A DNA stretch of 63,233 bases, filler included, from Conidiobolus incongruus B7586 (lineage: Eukaryota), in NCBI GenBank assembly GCA_000697335.1. It is 8 parts of 8 records of this genome, joined end to end, with 100 filler letters (N's around TTAATTAATTAA, not from the genome) between each part and the next. Parts side by side here need not be neighbours in the genome. Positions count along the whole stretch, not along the records: positions 1 to 13,422 come from JNEM01006156.1; positions 13,523 to 26,168 come from JNEM01006158.1; 6 more parts are not named here. One strand, given 5' to 3'. The position numbers and the translations under genes are program-made. The notes below the pieces were generated by a model. That model saw nothing but the letters and a program-made list of their open reading frames with translations. It had not been told where the DNA came from and searched no databases. The stretch's first letter is position 1, and every line of letters starts with the position of its first letter. Shown here piece by piece: positions 9,370 through 23,779 of this stretch.

Positions 9370-12300
9370 TATAATGAAATCCTTTTACATAACATTTTGG
9401 CGAATAATTACAATTATTTTGATTCAACACTTGTAATGAAAATTTTAACCGTCATTGATAATTTATAAACCTACTATTAGCAAACGTACCATTAAAGATA
9501 CCAAGTTATATTGTGAACTATTCTAGATATATGGAAAATGAACAATTGATAGCTTCATATAGTCAATACTGTTGTAATTATCTATTAAATATTATATATG
9601 TATATTATGGTAATCTGGGAATAATATATTTTAATTTTTTACATAACAAGCACAAAATATATTGACGACAATTTGATCCCAATTCCCATTGCTCTTAGCT
9701 TGTTGACTCATTGAATGGATACTGTTTATAGATATCAAAAATTGAGAATTGAGAAATTTTTTTAAATATAATACACTTTATATATTTATATATGCTAGGA
9801 CTTGGTAAATATTTTCCATCCAATTTGAGCCAAAATAACTGTTGAATGCTATTATCGAAAACAAACTCCTTAATGATATAATACTCCAGTCAATGTAGAT
9901 ACTTCACTTCAAAATAAATAGAACCAAAAATGAAATTGGCTGATAAGTATTAGATCTTTTTAATATAAACTAAATAACAACTCAATTGTTGAGTATTTTA
10001 CACAGATAGTGTTCAAATATTGAGATTGAAAATTCTCACCAAAAATCAAAAAAAATTACGATTTACGCCTGTCAAATTTTAAAAAAACATCGGAAGTTTT
10101 CGGACTATACAATTGTTTAATTGGATTTGGTAAATTACGTCATTTAAGAATCGTTGGCAAATTGCCACATGCAATAAATTCCCAAATTTAGTATTAACAT
10201 ATTTATATAACTATATTAAGTATATTGCGTTGCAAAATATTTTTGGTTAATTGACTGGAAACATGAATGAAATTCTAATTATTTAATAGTAATATACTCA
10301 AAAGTATACATTCAATATTGACCATTTATAACTTAAATTTCGATTCATCAATACAATTTTATTATTATTTCCTGATTATTAATTTCATAATTTTTATATA
10401 AAATCGATATATAGTTAGTAAAATATCAATATATATCCTTTTAATAAGATTTTCATCAAATTATCAATAATATCAATAATATCAATATATGATTTTGACC
10501 TAATTACCCAATTATCCTATATTAACTATATATGTTTAAAAGTACTTGAATTTTTTTATTAAAATGCTTCAATATCAAAATATTCAGCACCAATTTAAGT
10601 ATAGAAAAATTAATGTAATGATTTTTATCTATCTTTCAATTATCAAAACCATAGTTTACCCAATTTGCTACATAAAAATTGGTAACAGTACTGGATTTTT
10701 CAAACAATGTTGTACTGAATAATATTTATTTTAATTGTTTTAGGTATTATTACTATTTTAAATTCCAGCGCAGTTTTATACTAATCTACCCTTGTTATCC
10801 ATTATCTACATAATAGAATATATCATTGTGTAATATCATTAATCGTAATAATATTACTTTATCTTTACATTCAGCATTTATTAATCAGATAGTTTTTATC
10901 TATATATTTTGAAAATATTCAAGAAATTCCAAATAAAATTTACATTTTAAAACATAGTAATATACCAACTGGATTGGGAAATGCATTTTGCTAATTATGT
11001 ATTAGTTTTTCATAATTATGCAGAAATGAAAAATATACCTGATTGTAAAGTAAATTTTAAAAGACTGTGCTTGATAATAATTTAATTATTTTTTGAATTG
11101 AAGTTGATTCCAAAAATTTCTATTTTTATCATTATACAATTGGTTTATTTATTATATATCATTAAAAACTGTATAATTAATTGTTTGTCATGCTTAATGA
11201 ATTAACTAGTTAGATTTTTTTAATATCAATCATTATCCTGAAAAGGATTTAGTAGCGATAAATAGAATTCATTCAATTAATTTTCATTTAAATTTCAATA
11301 TAAATATAAGTAAAAGTACCTTCATCTCTACTCAAAGGTGATATTCGTTAAAAATTAATTGTTTTCAATATATCTTTAGTTATTTAATATTCATTAATAA
11401 TGGGTAGCCACATTAGTTTTTTGATAAATGAAAAAAAATAGTTTTCAAAATATTGAAAATAAATCTTAATATAATGATGCGTTATCCTTGTTTATTAATA
11501 CTGTAAAAATTAAAGGTGTAGAGAATTATTTCTTGAACATTAGAATTTCATTGTAGTTTTTTAAAATGTTTGATATTTTAATGCAAAATTAATTTGGAAG
11601 CATAAAAATATTATATTATTGTTTTGATACTTTTCAAATTTTCATAGCTGAATTAATAATAATATTATTTTTTGATTGAAAAAGATTTATAAAGACAAAC
11701 CACTTTATCTAATCTATATGGTTGGTATCTTTTAAATTGATAAAATTTTTATATCAATATGTCAATTCATAATATCTTGGCTCTATATTTGATTATTATA
11801 TTTTATATATCAGTTAGTTAAATTCCAGCAATATCATTATAAATATATGACAAATCCAGTTAAATTTCAAACTCTATTGGTCGATTATTAATTTTGAATA
11901 TAATATAAATTATTCAGATAAAAATTAATTTTAATTAATTAACAATATTCAAATTTTCATTAATGAAAATTTATACATTAACTCATAGTTCATTAGGACT
12001 GAATTTTTTTTCGTATGGCTTAGTTCTATCAACTTTGATTGATGATAGCTGTGAATTGAGATATGCTAAATATATTATAAACAGAATAAATAAAACTTTT
12101 TACATTTCATCAAATCAATGTAATAATGAATTTGAATATACCGGTTTCAGCCTTGAAATAAAAATCAATATTTTTAAGTCTTAATATATTTTATTTGAAA
12201 AAAGTTTTAAATATTACTTGATGCATCTATTATTTTGATTCATAACTTTTTAGTCAATTCTGCAGGCAATTGTCAAAAGTGGTTATTTACAAAGGTAGAG

Positions 12301-12934
12301 TTTGGGATATAAGCTTTTTTAATGAGAATTTACAACCAGTTTAGTTTCACCTTTAATCATATCCAATATTGTTTTTCGAGGTCATTTAATATCTTTGATT
12401 ACTCTATGATTGGGCTAGAGGCAGTTTTTTGGCCCTTATAAGCATTTCTTTTGTTCCAATTTGATATTTTAGCTAAAATGAGCTTCAAATTGAGCTTAAA
12501 CATTATTTCATTAGAAATTATAATTAGATTATCTACTAAATTAACGATTATAGAACACGAAATCATTTTCTTGTATACTCCAAGAACTTGAAAGTACCAA
12601 ATATTTTCCTTGATGAAATGAGGCGCCTATCGAGATAAATATAAATGAAAAATATTTAATAAATAAACTTTATTAAGCTTAAATTTTCCGCATCCTTGTA
12701 AATAATTCCAAATGTGATGACAAATACCATCCAAAAAACTGGAAATCAACCCATATGAAAATAGATCTAACAATCCATCAAATATCATTATAACAAACCA
12801 TATAAACTTAAAATATTAACTTAAGTTAAATATTATTATAACTTAATTTAAAAACTGTAATGAATAAACTAACTGATTTATCTTGAAAATATAATTCTTG
12901 CAAAATATTTCAAAGTATTCTAATTTTTAATATA

Positions 12935-13422
12935 CACTAGCCTGCAAAAGTGAGTCATAAAATTAAAAATCTTTATATTTTTATCATAATCTTAATTAAT
13001 TGTTATTCAAATGAATTTATATTGAACTATGTAATTGATATATATTTTTTATTTATAATATAATATATAAAGTTAAATTTTAATTAATTAATAACTGATA
13101 TATTATAATTAAAAGTATATTTAAGATAAGTTATATATTTGTGGGTTTTAGTATTGAGAGTAAAATTAATAATTAATATATCTACCTTTTACTTTTTTAA
13201 CCTTTTTAAGTTTATAAGGTATAAAGTTAATTAACTTTTTATATCAAGCAAAACTAATATTATTTTAAACTTCTTAAATATACTTTTAAAATTGATTTAA
13301 ATCTTTTATTAAAAGGGAAGCTTATATTAATATTTTTATTTAATCTTAAAGATATTTAATTAAGTTAAGATTAAAAGATTAAAGAGGTTATTCTATAACA
13401 GTTATTTTGTAATTTTTAAGCT
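12935..13422 (-). mobile_element. 3' end of a Tc1-like DNA transposon, degenerate, truncated by the gap
   Basis: TA then CACTAGCCTGCAAAAGTGAGTCATAAAAT (TIR-like). 13100-13422 is reverse-complement homologous to ~58720-59020. Confidence 0.75.
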
Positions 13423-13522
13423 NNNNNNNNNNNNNNNNNNNNNNNNNNNNNNNNNNNNNNNNNNNNTTAATTAATTAANNNNNNNNNNNNNNNNNNNNNN
13501 NNNNNNNNNNNNNNNNNNNNNN
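13423..13522. other. Assembly gap linker N44-TTAATTAATTAA-N44 (also 26169-26268, 31838-31937, 55863-55962, 57503-57602, 59359-59458, 61344-61443)
   Basis: Identical 100-nt all-frame-stop linker occurs seven times. Confidence 0.97.
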
Positions 13523-13524
13523 AT

Positions 13525-14673
13525 ATTCGATGTTCTGATTCTAATCTGTCTTCTAAATCTACATCTAAAACAAGCCTGATTGTAGTATGTAGCTTAGATT
13601 TAATGAATAGTACAGAATTAAATATAGTCAATGTCTTGCAAGGAAATAGCCAAGTGATCGACTTCAATTTCACATCTCAGCAGTTTATAGACGAATATAT
13701 CGTTTCTTCCTTCAAGCCTTTTGAACTCATCTATCCTTCATCTCATCCATACACTGAGTCTGAAGTACAGTCCTTTGACCAACCAGCTCCTAAAACCCAG
13801 CAATTAAATATCAAATGGTATCAAACATCTGAAGACGTGACGATATCCATCCATACACAATCCCCAATCCCATCTTCAAAACATGTCGCCTGCTCACTGA
13901 AGAAAAATGGACTGAACTTGCAGATTTTAGAGACAGCAGTTGAATTCAAAAGAGAATGGTTTGCTCCAATCATTCAAGAAAATTCATACTGGACAGTTGA
14001 AGATAACCAGATCATTACCCTGCACCTTCAAAAGCTCAATGAGAAAACCAGATGGCCTCATATGTTCATTGAGGATGATGGCATTTTGGAATCAGTCGAT
14101 CCAAGTGATCTTCTTACCATCACAGAAAACCTTGAAAAATATACTCAAAACCACGAAGGCCCTTTTCAACCCACCTCTCTCCATGATCGAATGGAACTTG
14201 AAGATAATTTAGGTGAGGCAGTCACATTCACCATCAAACCCCACGATCGCCATACGGTGTCTCACCAATCACTTGCTCAGCACGCTTGGCTAGGTGCTCC
14301 CCTTCCCCTCGTTGATAGCATTGTTACTCAACCATCAGTTGCCATGAAATATGATGTCCATGGCTTGATTTACAACCTGAGAAACAACAATTTAAAGCAC
14401 ATCAACACCCTTCCTGCAATTGGATATATCCAGGCTTCGAAAAAGGAAAGAAAATTCACCTTTTATCATCCAATCACACTTGACACCTATATTCTCGAAT
14501 ACCAGAACAACGTGTTTATTTATTATTATCCTCACCAACGTAACAATGGAGTTCAAAAAGTAGTTAATTTGGCTACTGATGAAGAAATTCTAGGAGTGGC
14601 TGGATTTCAAAGTGGAAACGGTATTATTCTACTTACACAATCCAAAATATACCACATCTATTCAGATCAATAA
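13525..14673 (+). CDS. NUDCD1: NudC domain-containing protein 1-like (CS/p23 domain), 5' truncated by gap
   Basis: WYQTSEDVTI...NSYWT...LHLQK...RWPHMF...DPSDL...LEKYT and IGYIQASK motifs. Frame is open from the gap edge. Confidence 0.8.
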   Translation: MRCSDSNLSSKSTSKTSLIVVCSLDLMNSTELNIVNVLQGNSQVIDFNFTSQQFIDEYIVSSFKPFELIYPSSHPYTESEVQSFDQPAPKTQQLNIKWYQTSEDVTISIHTQSPIPSSKHVACSLKKNGLNLQILETAVEFKREWFAPIIQENSYWTVEDNQIITLHLQKLNEKTRWPHMFIEDDGILESVDPSDLLTITENLEKYTQNHEGPFQPTSLHDRMELEDNLGEAVTFTIKPHDRHTVSHQSLAQHAWLGAPLPLVDSIVTQPSVAMKYDVHGLIYNLRNNNLKHINTLPAIGYIQASKKERKFTFYHPITLDTYILEYQNNVFIYYYPHQRNNGVQKVVNLATDEEILGVAGFQSGNGIILLTQSKIYHIYSDQ

Positions 14674-16081
14674 ATAATTACAAATTACAAGATCAAGTGT
14701 CAATTTCCGCGCTTCAGCTATATTGATTAGATTGAAATATTTGCCAGCTTAAATTGCAAAACCATTCCACAAAAAACATTATTATAATTCTCAATTAAAC
14801 ATCTTTTAAATACATAATATAGAAAAAAACAAAAACCTCAACGATCTCCGAGTCATTCTCTCATAAAATTATCTATACTATTACACTTGTGTGAATTTTA
14901 TTTCATCTTTATCTTCACTTATGATTTAAAACGATATTAATAATATATATTGTACCTTTTATTTTATAAGCATCAATTTGACCATTTCAAATTACTTAGC
15001 AATTACTAAATTCTTGTAAATTACTATCTGAAATAAGAATATTTAAGAGTATAATAAAAAATGATAGTTTTGCTAAAAATTGAGCTAATTACATTAATAA
15101 GGCCAAATGAAAATAAAATGAATATATTAGCTCATTATTATATAATATGATATTTTGTTTTTTGAATAATTTTCATGCCGTAGTTATACTTTTGGTAATA
15201 ATTGAATATCAACATTACATTTACAAAAAAGTACTTTTTAATTCTATTAATATAATTCATACTAATCAACATCAATTTAATTTTAAAATCGCAATATTGG
15301 GATCATATATTCAACTTGTGTAATTTTTTATATTTTAGTTTGAACATATATAATAAACATGCTAACTTGGTTCTAGTCCGTGGTTGAATATAAATAGCAC
15401 ATTTACATTGTTGATATTATTAAACTAAATTGCTTATATAATTTGCAATTGAAAAATGTTGATAATTCTAATAACTGATAGTAACACTCTATCCAAAGTG
15501 TTATCTATAAAATACAAACTATTACGTTCCAAATAAAATAAATCACATATAATATCAAATCAATATTAATTTACTTTTCTCATTGAATAGTATAGACATG
15601 CTAAATGATAACTTTAACTCATCAAGTTTTATCTTAATTTGTGAATTATTGAATATACTTTTGAAATTAACTCTATAAATATATATTGGTGAAAGTTTCA
15701 ATACTTAATATTAAATAACATATAATTCAATATTGAAAAACATATGATATAACTAAGAGTATCAATTCATGGGTATTGAATTTTACAAAAAAAATTCATC
15801 AATTATATTAAATATTTCAAGATACTTAAATTTTGCATTTATAAGGTTGTTTTTTATTTTCTGATTTAATTGAATTATTATTAGATTTGCAAAAATAAGG
15901 AAGCACAAAATTAGTTTTAAAACCATTAAAATTAATTATTTTTAGAAAATTATCAAACACAATGAATATCAATTGATCAATAACATAAATAATTAGATTT
16001 TGAAATAAATTATTTATAAGCGAGGAAGATCAGCACATTTAAAATTAAGATTCATTTTCTTCTTGAGTTTTGCTTTTTAAA

Positions 16082-17348
16082 ATGATTAATAAATCACCAA
16101 AATTTACTAATGGAGATAATGGCCATATAATAGAATTAGATGAATTAGACAAATATAATCACAAAATCCAACCTGATGCTTTATTCAATACTTTAACCGG
16201 ATCCAATATCTTGGATTCCCAAATCAAACACAGTACTTCGTCTATTCTCCTTTGGCAATTTGTTTATTTATTCACTGGTATTTTAACAACTTTAGTGTCT
16301 CAATGGATGTTTTATAAAGGTGCAACAGGTAATTTAATATAAATTCGAATTAACAATATAATTTTGATATATATAATTTTATTTTAATTAATTATAGATA
16401 AATCATCCCTATTAACTATAACAGCCAGATTCTTTGGAATGGTTTTGGTTCAACTTACTCCTTTTAAAAATCCTAGTAATATTAAAAGTCTTGCTTCAAA
16501 TCAAGCACCCAAAGGTGAAATTAGAAGAACAATATGGACGTTAACATTTATAGATTTTTTTGGAGATATATTTTTAACCATAGGTTTATTTAGTATCGGA
16601 AGTGGTGTAAGTTTATTCATTTATTTTTATTTTATTTTATTTTAATTATAAAATCATTTATTATTAGATATTCCAAGTATTGGTTTCCTTATTAATTCCC
16701 ACTACTGCTTTATTATCTAAAATATTTTTAAATAAAAGGCACACTGCTCTGCAGTGGTGGGGTATTTTATGCATTATGGTCGGCTTAGGCTTGACTGCTA
16801 TGGGAAAAATAGCTCAAGACGAATCTGAACCTTTAAAGTTCCATCATTTGATATTGGGAATTGGAATAAGCATCGTTGGAATTTTATTCTATTCAGTTCT
16901 CTACGTGTTAACTGAGAGAACAATGAACCTTCCGACTGCACCTAACACAAATAGACTTTGTTACACAATGGGACAATATGGTAGTGCTCTATGCTTAAGT
17001 TATCAAATTTTATATGTTATACCCTCTAGATTACCTGCTGTCCAGACTGCCCTTAGCAATTATAATGAAAAGGAATCTATATTGAGCATATTCGTAGTTG
17101 GATTTATTGTATTGGTTCTTTCAGCTTTATTCCACAATTTGGCATATTTCTCATTGATGGAGACAACGGGTGCTGTATCAATTGGAGTATTATTGGCCTT
17201 AAAAACCGTTGGTGTATTTATTATGTCAGGATTCCTATTTTGTGGTACTGATGAGAGTCAATGCTTAAATCCCGGAAAATTCACCAGCTTAACAATTGTC
17301 GTATTAGGAGTATTAATTTTTACATTTTCTAAAGTAGCAAAAAAATAG
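16082..17348 (+). CDS. DMT/EamA-superfamily (SLC35-like) multi-pass transporter; exons 16082-16328, 16398-16606, 16668-17348
   Basis: GT-AG introns join three track ORFs in frame. Many hydrophobic helices; IGSGIFQV..S and LQWWGI motifs. Confidence 0.78.
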
Positions 17349-17390
17349 AGTGATACATATAATAAATGGACCTAATATCATCAATGATTG

Positions 17391-18052
17391 TTAAATTTTA
17401 TTATTAGTTTCATTCAATCCAATCATGTAATCAATCTCTTGTTGCAAAGACGAAGTATTTAAAAAAATTCTAGTATCGTCATTACTCAAATTCCTCTTTA
17501 ATAATTGAACAATTAAATTGATTGTTTTTTCTGGTATATTAGATTTTATCAATGTATAATTATTTTCTAATTGGCTATATTTTAAATAAATAACAATTCC
17601 AAATCCCTCCGATTTGTATGGTTTTTTAAATTGACTAATAAAGTTTTCAAGTATTTCAATTCCTTCATATCCTTGAACTCTAGTTGGATGATTTTTCCTA
17701 TTCATTATTCTTTGTTTACATACCTAATTTAATTAGTATAAAAATTACTTCTAAATCAATAAATATTTCTTACTTCAATTGGAATATCTAAGTATATACA
17801 GTTAATATCTACACCTAATTCTTTGGCCAAAGTTAACCAGATATTCCTTTGTGACTTGTTAAAATTGCAACGATCGATTATTACATTGGTCCCTTTATTT
17901 AAATATTTTCTAGCTTTCTCTTCACATTCAATTCTTGAGCCTAATTCATCTTGACTAATCCTCTTGTACGAAGGAAATCTTTTACACCAATATTCACTAA
18001 AATGAGTTTTTCCACTCCCAGGTGTCCCTACTAATAATAAAATATTTGGCAT
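17391..18052 (-). CDS. P-loop AAA_33 / polynucleotide-kinase-like protein; exons 18052-17774, 17723-17391
   Basis: GTPGSGKT Walker A, RISQDELG, VIIDRCN, R..HPT and EGF motifs. In-frame 50-nt intron. Confidence 0.8.
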
Positions 18053-18825
18053 TTATACATTTATTAAATTTTTAATGATTTAATAATTTTAATTCAATAA
18101 TTATTAATAATCTAATTATCTTATTCAATTAATATGGGATGTTTGAATTTGACTAGTAAGATTGTTTAAATAGAATTTAGCAAAGAAATTGGTTATTTTT
18201 ATTTTCAATGATAGTTATCAATATTTAAATTATCTCATTCATTTTATCTTAAATCAATAAAATTTATCTTTATTTCCTATCATTTTGTATAAAAATTTCT
18301 AAATCCTAAGCTTGAATCCTTTTCTATGAATGCTTTTTAATTAACAATGTGAATTAATAAGAACAACAATTATTATTATTAAAATTATAATATATAACTA
18401 TTACTATAAATATAAATTTTTGATTCCTAGTAATATTTATCTAATCTTTATTAATATAAATATTGTACATTTTCAATATTTTAATATTAAACTCTAATTT
18501 TTGTCAAAATTATGATCAAAATGATAAAATATTTATTAAGATATTCATTATAATAATACTATGTCAAAACTACTTTAAATTTAATTTTTTAATATATAAA
18601 TTCCTCAAATCATATATATTATATATATCTTATATATTTTTGTTTTAAAGCCAATGTTTAACAATTCAAAATATTGACTTTCTATATTAGGAATTTTACA
18701 CCACATAGTTCTCTTGTTTTCCATAAAAATCTTAAAAAATCAAACCATATTAAAATTGACCATTTATTTCAGGTCAAAATTCAAGCTGAGATTTCGTCAC
18801 TCTTAACTCTTTATCAATAATAAAT

Positions 18826-19857
18826 ATGTTATTAAAAACAATCTATAGAAATCAAAATAATCTATTAAAGCATTTATCTCACTATTCAACCTCCAAGAAT
18901 CTACCGCCATGGCAATTGAGACCTTTTCAAATTGCCATAGATGGTCCAGCCGCTAGTGGAAAAAGTAATGTCTTTACTCATTTATATTCTACATTTTTTA
19001 ATGAATCTATTACTTTAGGTACTACTAGTAGAAAAATTGCTGACTTCTTCGGATATGTTTATTTGGAAACAGGTGACAAATTTTTATAAAATATTTATCA
19101 AGCAACATGATCTAATTTCCTTATGATAGGGGCTTTATATAGATCAGTAATACTATTCAAAAAATTTAAATCTAAACTCTTGCTTAATTTGTTAATATTT
19201 TAATTAAAATAGGTAACCTATAAAGCTTTACAATTGAATCTATGGAATGAATCCTCTTCTCCTGAAAAGTTGAAAGAATTACTTATTGAAGTAGCCAAAA
19301 ATTCAACCATATCATTGGAAAGAAACCCTGAAACCGATGAAATTCAAGTACTTCTCGATGGTACCGATATAACCCAAGATATTAGAAGTCCTTTAGTAAG
19401 CCAAAAAGTTTCTGAAGTAGCCTCAATTCAACCTATTCGTGACCACCTACATTCTTATCAAAAACACCTTGCTTTCAATAGTCCTTTAATCAACCCCAAA
19501 GATCCAAAGACTCATAATGAACACGGACAAATCGGTGTTATATTAGAAGGTAGAGATATTGGCTCAGTCATTTTACCTCAAGCAGACATCAAATTTTTTA
19601 TTAAAGCTGATGTTAATTCCCGAGCTCTTCGAAGATATCAACAGCTATTAGCTTCAAAACCATTAAATTCTCAGAAAGTTAGCTTAGAAGAAATCAAAAA
19701 AGAAATTGAAGCCAGAGACTTGGCTGATACCACAAGAGAAGTATCTCCTCTAATCCAACCCAAAGATGCAATTGTTATCGACACTACCAATATGACAATT
19801 GAAGAGCAAGTTCAAAAGATTATTAGTTTAGTTCAGAAGAGACTCATTGATTACTGA
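18826..19857 (+). CDS. cmk: Bacterial-type cytidylate kinase with putative mitochondrial presequence; exons 18826-18964, 19019-19072, 19130-19146, 19213-19857
   Basis: Spliced product reads IAIDGPAASGKSTT...YLETGALYRSVT...VS.VAS...EGRDIGSVILP.A..KFF...RD..D..R..SPL...DA..IDTT. Confidence 0.88.
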
Positions 19858-21460
19858 GTTAGTACATTATTCTATATTGCTTCATTGCACACATTCCATA
19901 TATCAAATGCTCATTAGGTTAACTTGGAATTTATTTGACAAATTAAACAATAAAATAAATCAATATATTGAGAAACATGTAGCCAATAAATACTATCCTT
20001 TATTTCAATGAATATCATTATTCTACAATGTAATGATTTACCATGTAAAAACTAGTTAGAATATTTAATTTTCATTATAAGTAATTACTATATAAGCCTT
20101 GAATATTTAAGGAATACTTATAAATACTATAAAATAATCAAATAATTTAAATTTAATAGGAATATAGCTATTTTTATAGAGTTAATAAGCTATTCAAGAT
20201 TCAATAAATTAGAGATATTGAATTAGTAATAATTCTGAAAAAAAACTTATTATAAAAATAAACCAATTAATAAGAAAAACATAGCAATATGTAAAAGATT
20301 TTTTTTCTTAATATAAATAATCTTGATCAAAAAATCCAAAAATATATTAGCATTTATCACACTATAGAATGAGGAATCTAGTTATTTTAATTAGCATCTT
20401 GAATTATAGTATAAATCAACAAATACAAAAGATTTGGACAAAAGTGAAAATAATAATTCCATTATATTTTTGACTTGATAAGTATTGTAAATATTCTTGT
20501 TTTGCATAAATTAATACTATCAGTAGTAATAATAAACCTTACTACAATATATTTATTAAACTGAATTTTAATTATTTAATAAATAGAGGTAAATTAACTA
20601 AATTTTAAAATTAAATAAAATTGGTCAAATATCACCAAAATATAAAATAAAAATTTATAAACTTTTAAAATAATTAAATAATTAAATATTTATGTAATGA
20701 CAAGAATAAAAATTTGAATATCATCATTGGTTGCGATAAATATTTATATTTATCAATATACTAAATATCAAAAACTTTAGTATATGATAAGCTTAATTTA
20801 ATATTGATAGATATTCAACTAATATAATAAGAGTAAAATATTTTGGACAAAAGATCAATTTTACATGATGGTGAAAATCAATAATTAACTTGTTTTGGAT
20901 ACAATGTGCTCATCATAAAATATCAAGTATTAATGAATTTATTTCAAAAAAGTAGTTATATAAATATGATAATAAAATCATAATAAAAGATTTTTTAATT
21001 TCAAGTTAATAAAAATAATCGTAATTAATAATATATACTGAAAATTTTTCAAATTAAACTTGATATTATATTTAATAAATTTCATACATTTTTAGTCAAT
21101 TATATTCAATTATAATATACAATGTATTTCTAAGTTTGAATTAAACTTCGATATGGTTTTATCACAGGAAATGAGACAAGTACGTGAACTATGCAACAAA
21201 CCTAATATATAGGATAAAAAATCGTATATGAAAATATATTTAATATTTATGATGTATTACAATGTTAAATAATTTTTAATAATAGTAATCAATTGAATAT
21301 ATTAATAAACAAACTTAAATTTTCAATACAATTAATCTTATTAAAAATATAACCTAAATAAAAAAGTATTTAATGTAATAGTTAATAGATTTCAATATAT
21401 TAAAAATATATGTAATAACCGTTTATTATAGTTTAGATATAAAATGATAATGAAATACGC

Positions 21461-23779
21461 TTATTCCAAAATTTCTTCAGTCTCTTCAACAACTTCTTCA
21501 ACCCATTCCTCAATTTCTTCATTCAAGTTAGCATCAGAAGCGTATACATTGGCATCAGAAGAGTACTTTTGGCGTTCAGCTTGAATTTCAGCTTCAACCT
21601 TAGCGCGCCAGGTGTTCCATTCGGCATAGAGTTGATTGCGCTTCTTGAGGAGAGCAGCAGAAGCGGCATTGCGGGAGTAGTAGTCTTCCTTGTCAAATTC
21701 GCCAGAATAAGAGTCCAAATTCTTTTCAATTTCTCTCTTTTGCTTTTCATCGAGCAAAGATTTAGGACGAGGACGCCATAAAATTTGACGGAAATCTTCA
21801 ATGACCTTCTTGGTAAGTTGATTGCCGTTCAAATCCCAGAGAGTGTAACCGTGCTCCATGCCATGTTGCCATACGGAGGCACTGGAGATAACATATCGGC
21901 CTGATGGATCCCATTCGAGCTGAGTGAGGCCATAGTGTTCAACAGTGTTGATCAAATGGACGCTGGTTTCGACATTCTTCTTGTCAGAAGGATATTTGGC
22001 AGGTAATTCGACATCCCAAAATTCAATATCAAAGATGGATTGAGTCTTAAGAGTAGCAAAGACCAAGTGTCTGCCTCGAGGAGACCAGAATACAGTGTTG
22101 ACAGCCTTTTTGTCGAAGGAAGCCATGTGACGGAAGACGTCCTTGCTGGCTCCCAAATTACCGTTGACGGTTCTTTCGCGCTTGTAGAAGTGGATAGCGG
22201 TCTTGATAGGAGCAGGAGCAGCGCCTGAAGCAGAAGGGGCAGGATTAGGATCGTTGGTTGTAATGACGACAAATCGATAATGATAGGTAGGTTCCCAGGC
22301 AAATTGGATGGCAACGTCCTTAAGTTCGATGACTTCAACAGGGATATCTTTTTCTCTGACGCGGAAAATTTCCAAGTTAGAAAATTGAGATTTCTTGTTC
22401 TTGGTGTGACGATTGACTCTGACGGCTAATAATTCGCCCAAAGGATGCCAGTGGAAGTGGCAATCGGAAACATTGAATAAGGTCTTGTTACGGAGAATTT
22501 CTTTATCGGGAACACGGAGCAAGGATACACGAGCAGGTTGATTGCCCATTTCAGGAGTCCAGTAGACCAACATTTCATCGAAAGGCTTTCCTTTAATGGA
22601 GTGAGTAGCAGGAGCCCAAGAGAAATCAACAACACCTTCAACTTTGTGACTCTTTTTACCAAGCAAATACATTGAGGGAGCTTCGTAAATGGAGATTTGT
22701 TGCTTAGGATGAAGACGGGCAAAGTATTTGTCTGAGGGAGACCATTTGAAAGCAGGCCAGCTAATTCTAACAGGGCCATCATCAGAAGCAGGCAAATTGG
22801 GGAAAGTTCTCAAAAGCATTCCGGTCTTAATATCCCAGATACAGAAGTTGTGGCCTTCTTCATCAGGACCGAAAGGAGAAGGATGATTAGGGGTAGCACC
22901 GGCACCGGCAACAATGGGTTGATTACTCCAAGTAACGACATATTTTTCATTAGGAGAGAAATCAATCAAACTAACTCCTGGGTGAGGAAATTTGACAATT
23001 TGTTTCCAGCTTGGACCGCCCCATAGAGCAATACCTTGACGGTGAACGGTAGTGAGGTAAGTACCCTTAGGTGACCACAAAACGTAAGATTCAGTCCAGT
23101 TGGGACGGGACTCGATCTTTTCAGGGGGATTACTTTTATTATTCCATTCAATAGTACACATGTTTTTAATAAGAGTGACGTATTGATCACGACCGGCTGG
23201 ATCTTTCAAATGACTTAATAAATGTTCCTAAAATGATTAAAGAAAGATTGTGAGATAAAATTAAAAAAATAAGCTGTGATTACTAACCTTGGGTTGGAAT
23301 TCTTCATAAGTAGGTTCGACATATTTATCTTCCAAACTAGTGTATTTTTCGATATCATTAAGTCTGTTGACAAGAAGAACGTGCTTTTTATCCATAGGAT
23401 AATTGTTGACATTTTTAATAGCAGCAGTAACTTGTTCTGGGGTTTCAAATTCAATAAAAGCAAAACTAAAGAATGAAATGTTAATAATAAATAAAATGCA
23501 ATAAAAAATTATTAATTACCCCTTTGAGGTTAATTTGCCATTGACTTCTTCCTTGGGCATATAAATACCATTTTCTTTGATCGTACCACTAGCTTTAAAG
23601 ATCTTGCGTAATACATTACATAATCTTTCTTCTTTGGATTCATCAATAATGGGAATATTGTCAACAATAGCAATATTGTCAAAATTAGTATCTAATTCCA
23701 AATTGTATTTTTCATCCAAGGATGAAAAGTCTAGATCAGCTTCTGAAGTAATATTTTTGAAATCTAAAGCGGGAGCCAT
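21461..23779 (-). CDS. PRT1: Translation initiation factor eIF3 subunit B; exons 23779-23520, 23465-23288, 23227-21461
   Basis: N-terminal RRM (SKGFAFIEF), WTESYVLWSPKGTY, WDPSGRY, WRPRP motifs. In-frame introns. Confidence 0.95.

Noticed and set aside
9400..12900. Further microprotein copies or a peptide-maturation enzyme next to the array
   Set aside because: No IDPK/FPGS/PWF coding signature and no recognisable protease, methyltransferase or DUF3328-type ORF found by eye.
13423..13522. TTAATTAATTAA repeated between N-runs as a biological repeat or CRISPR-like unit
   Set aside because: Identical artificial scaffold linker at all seven gaps. ORFs ending in 'LIN' there are artefacts.
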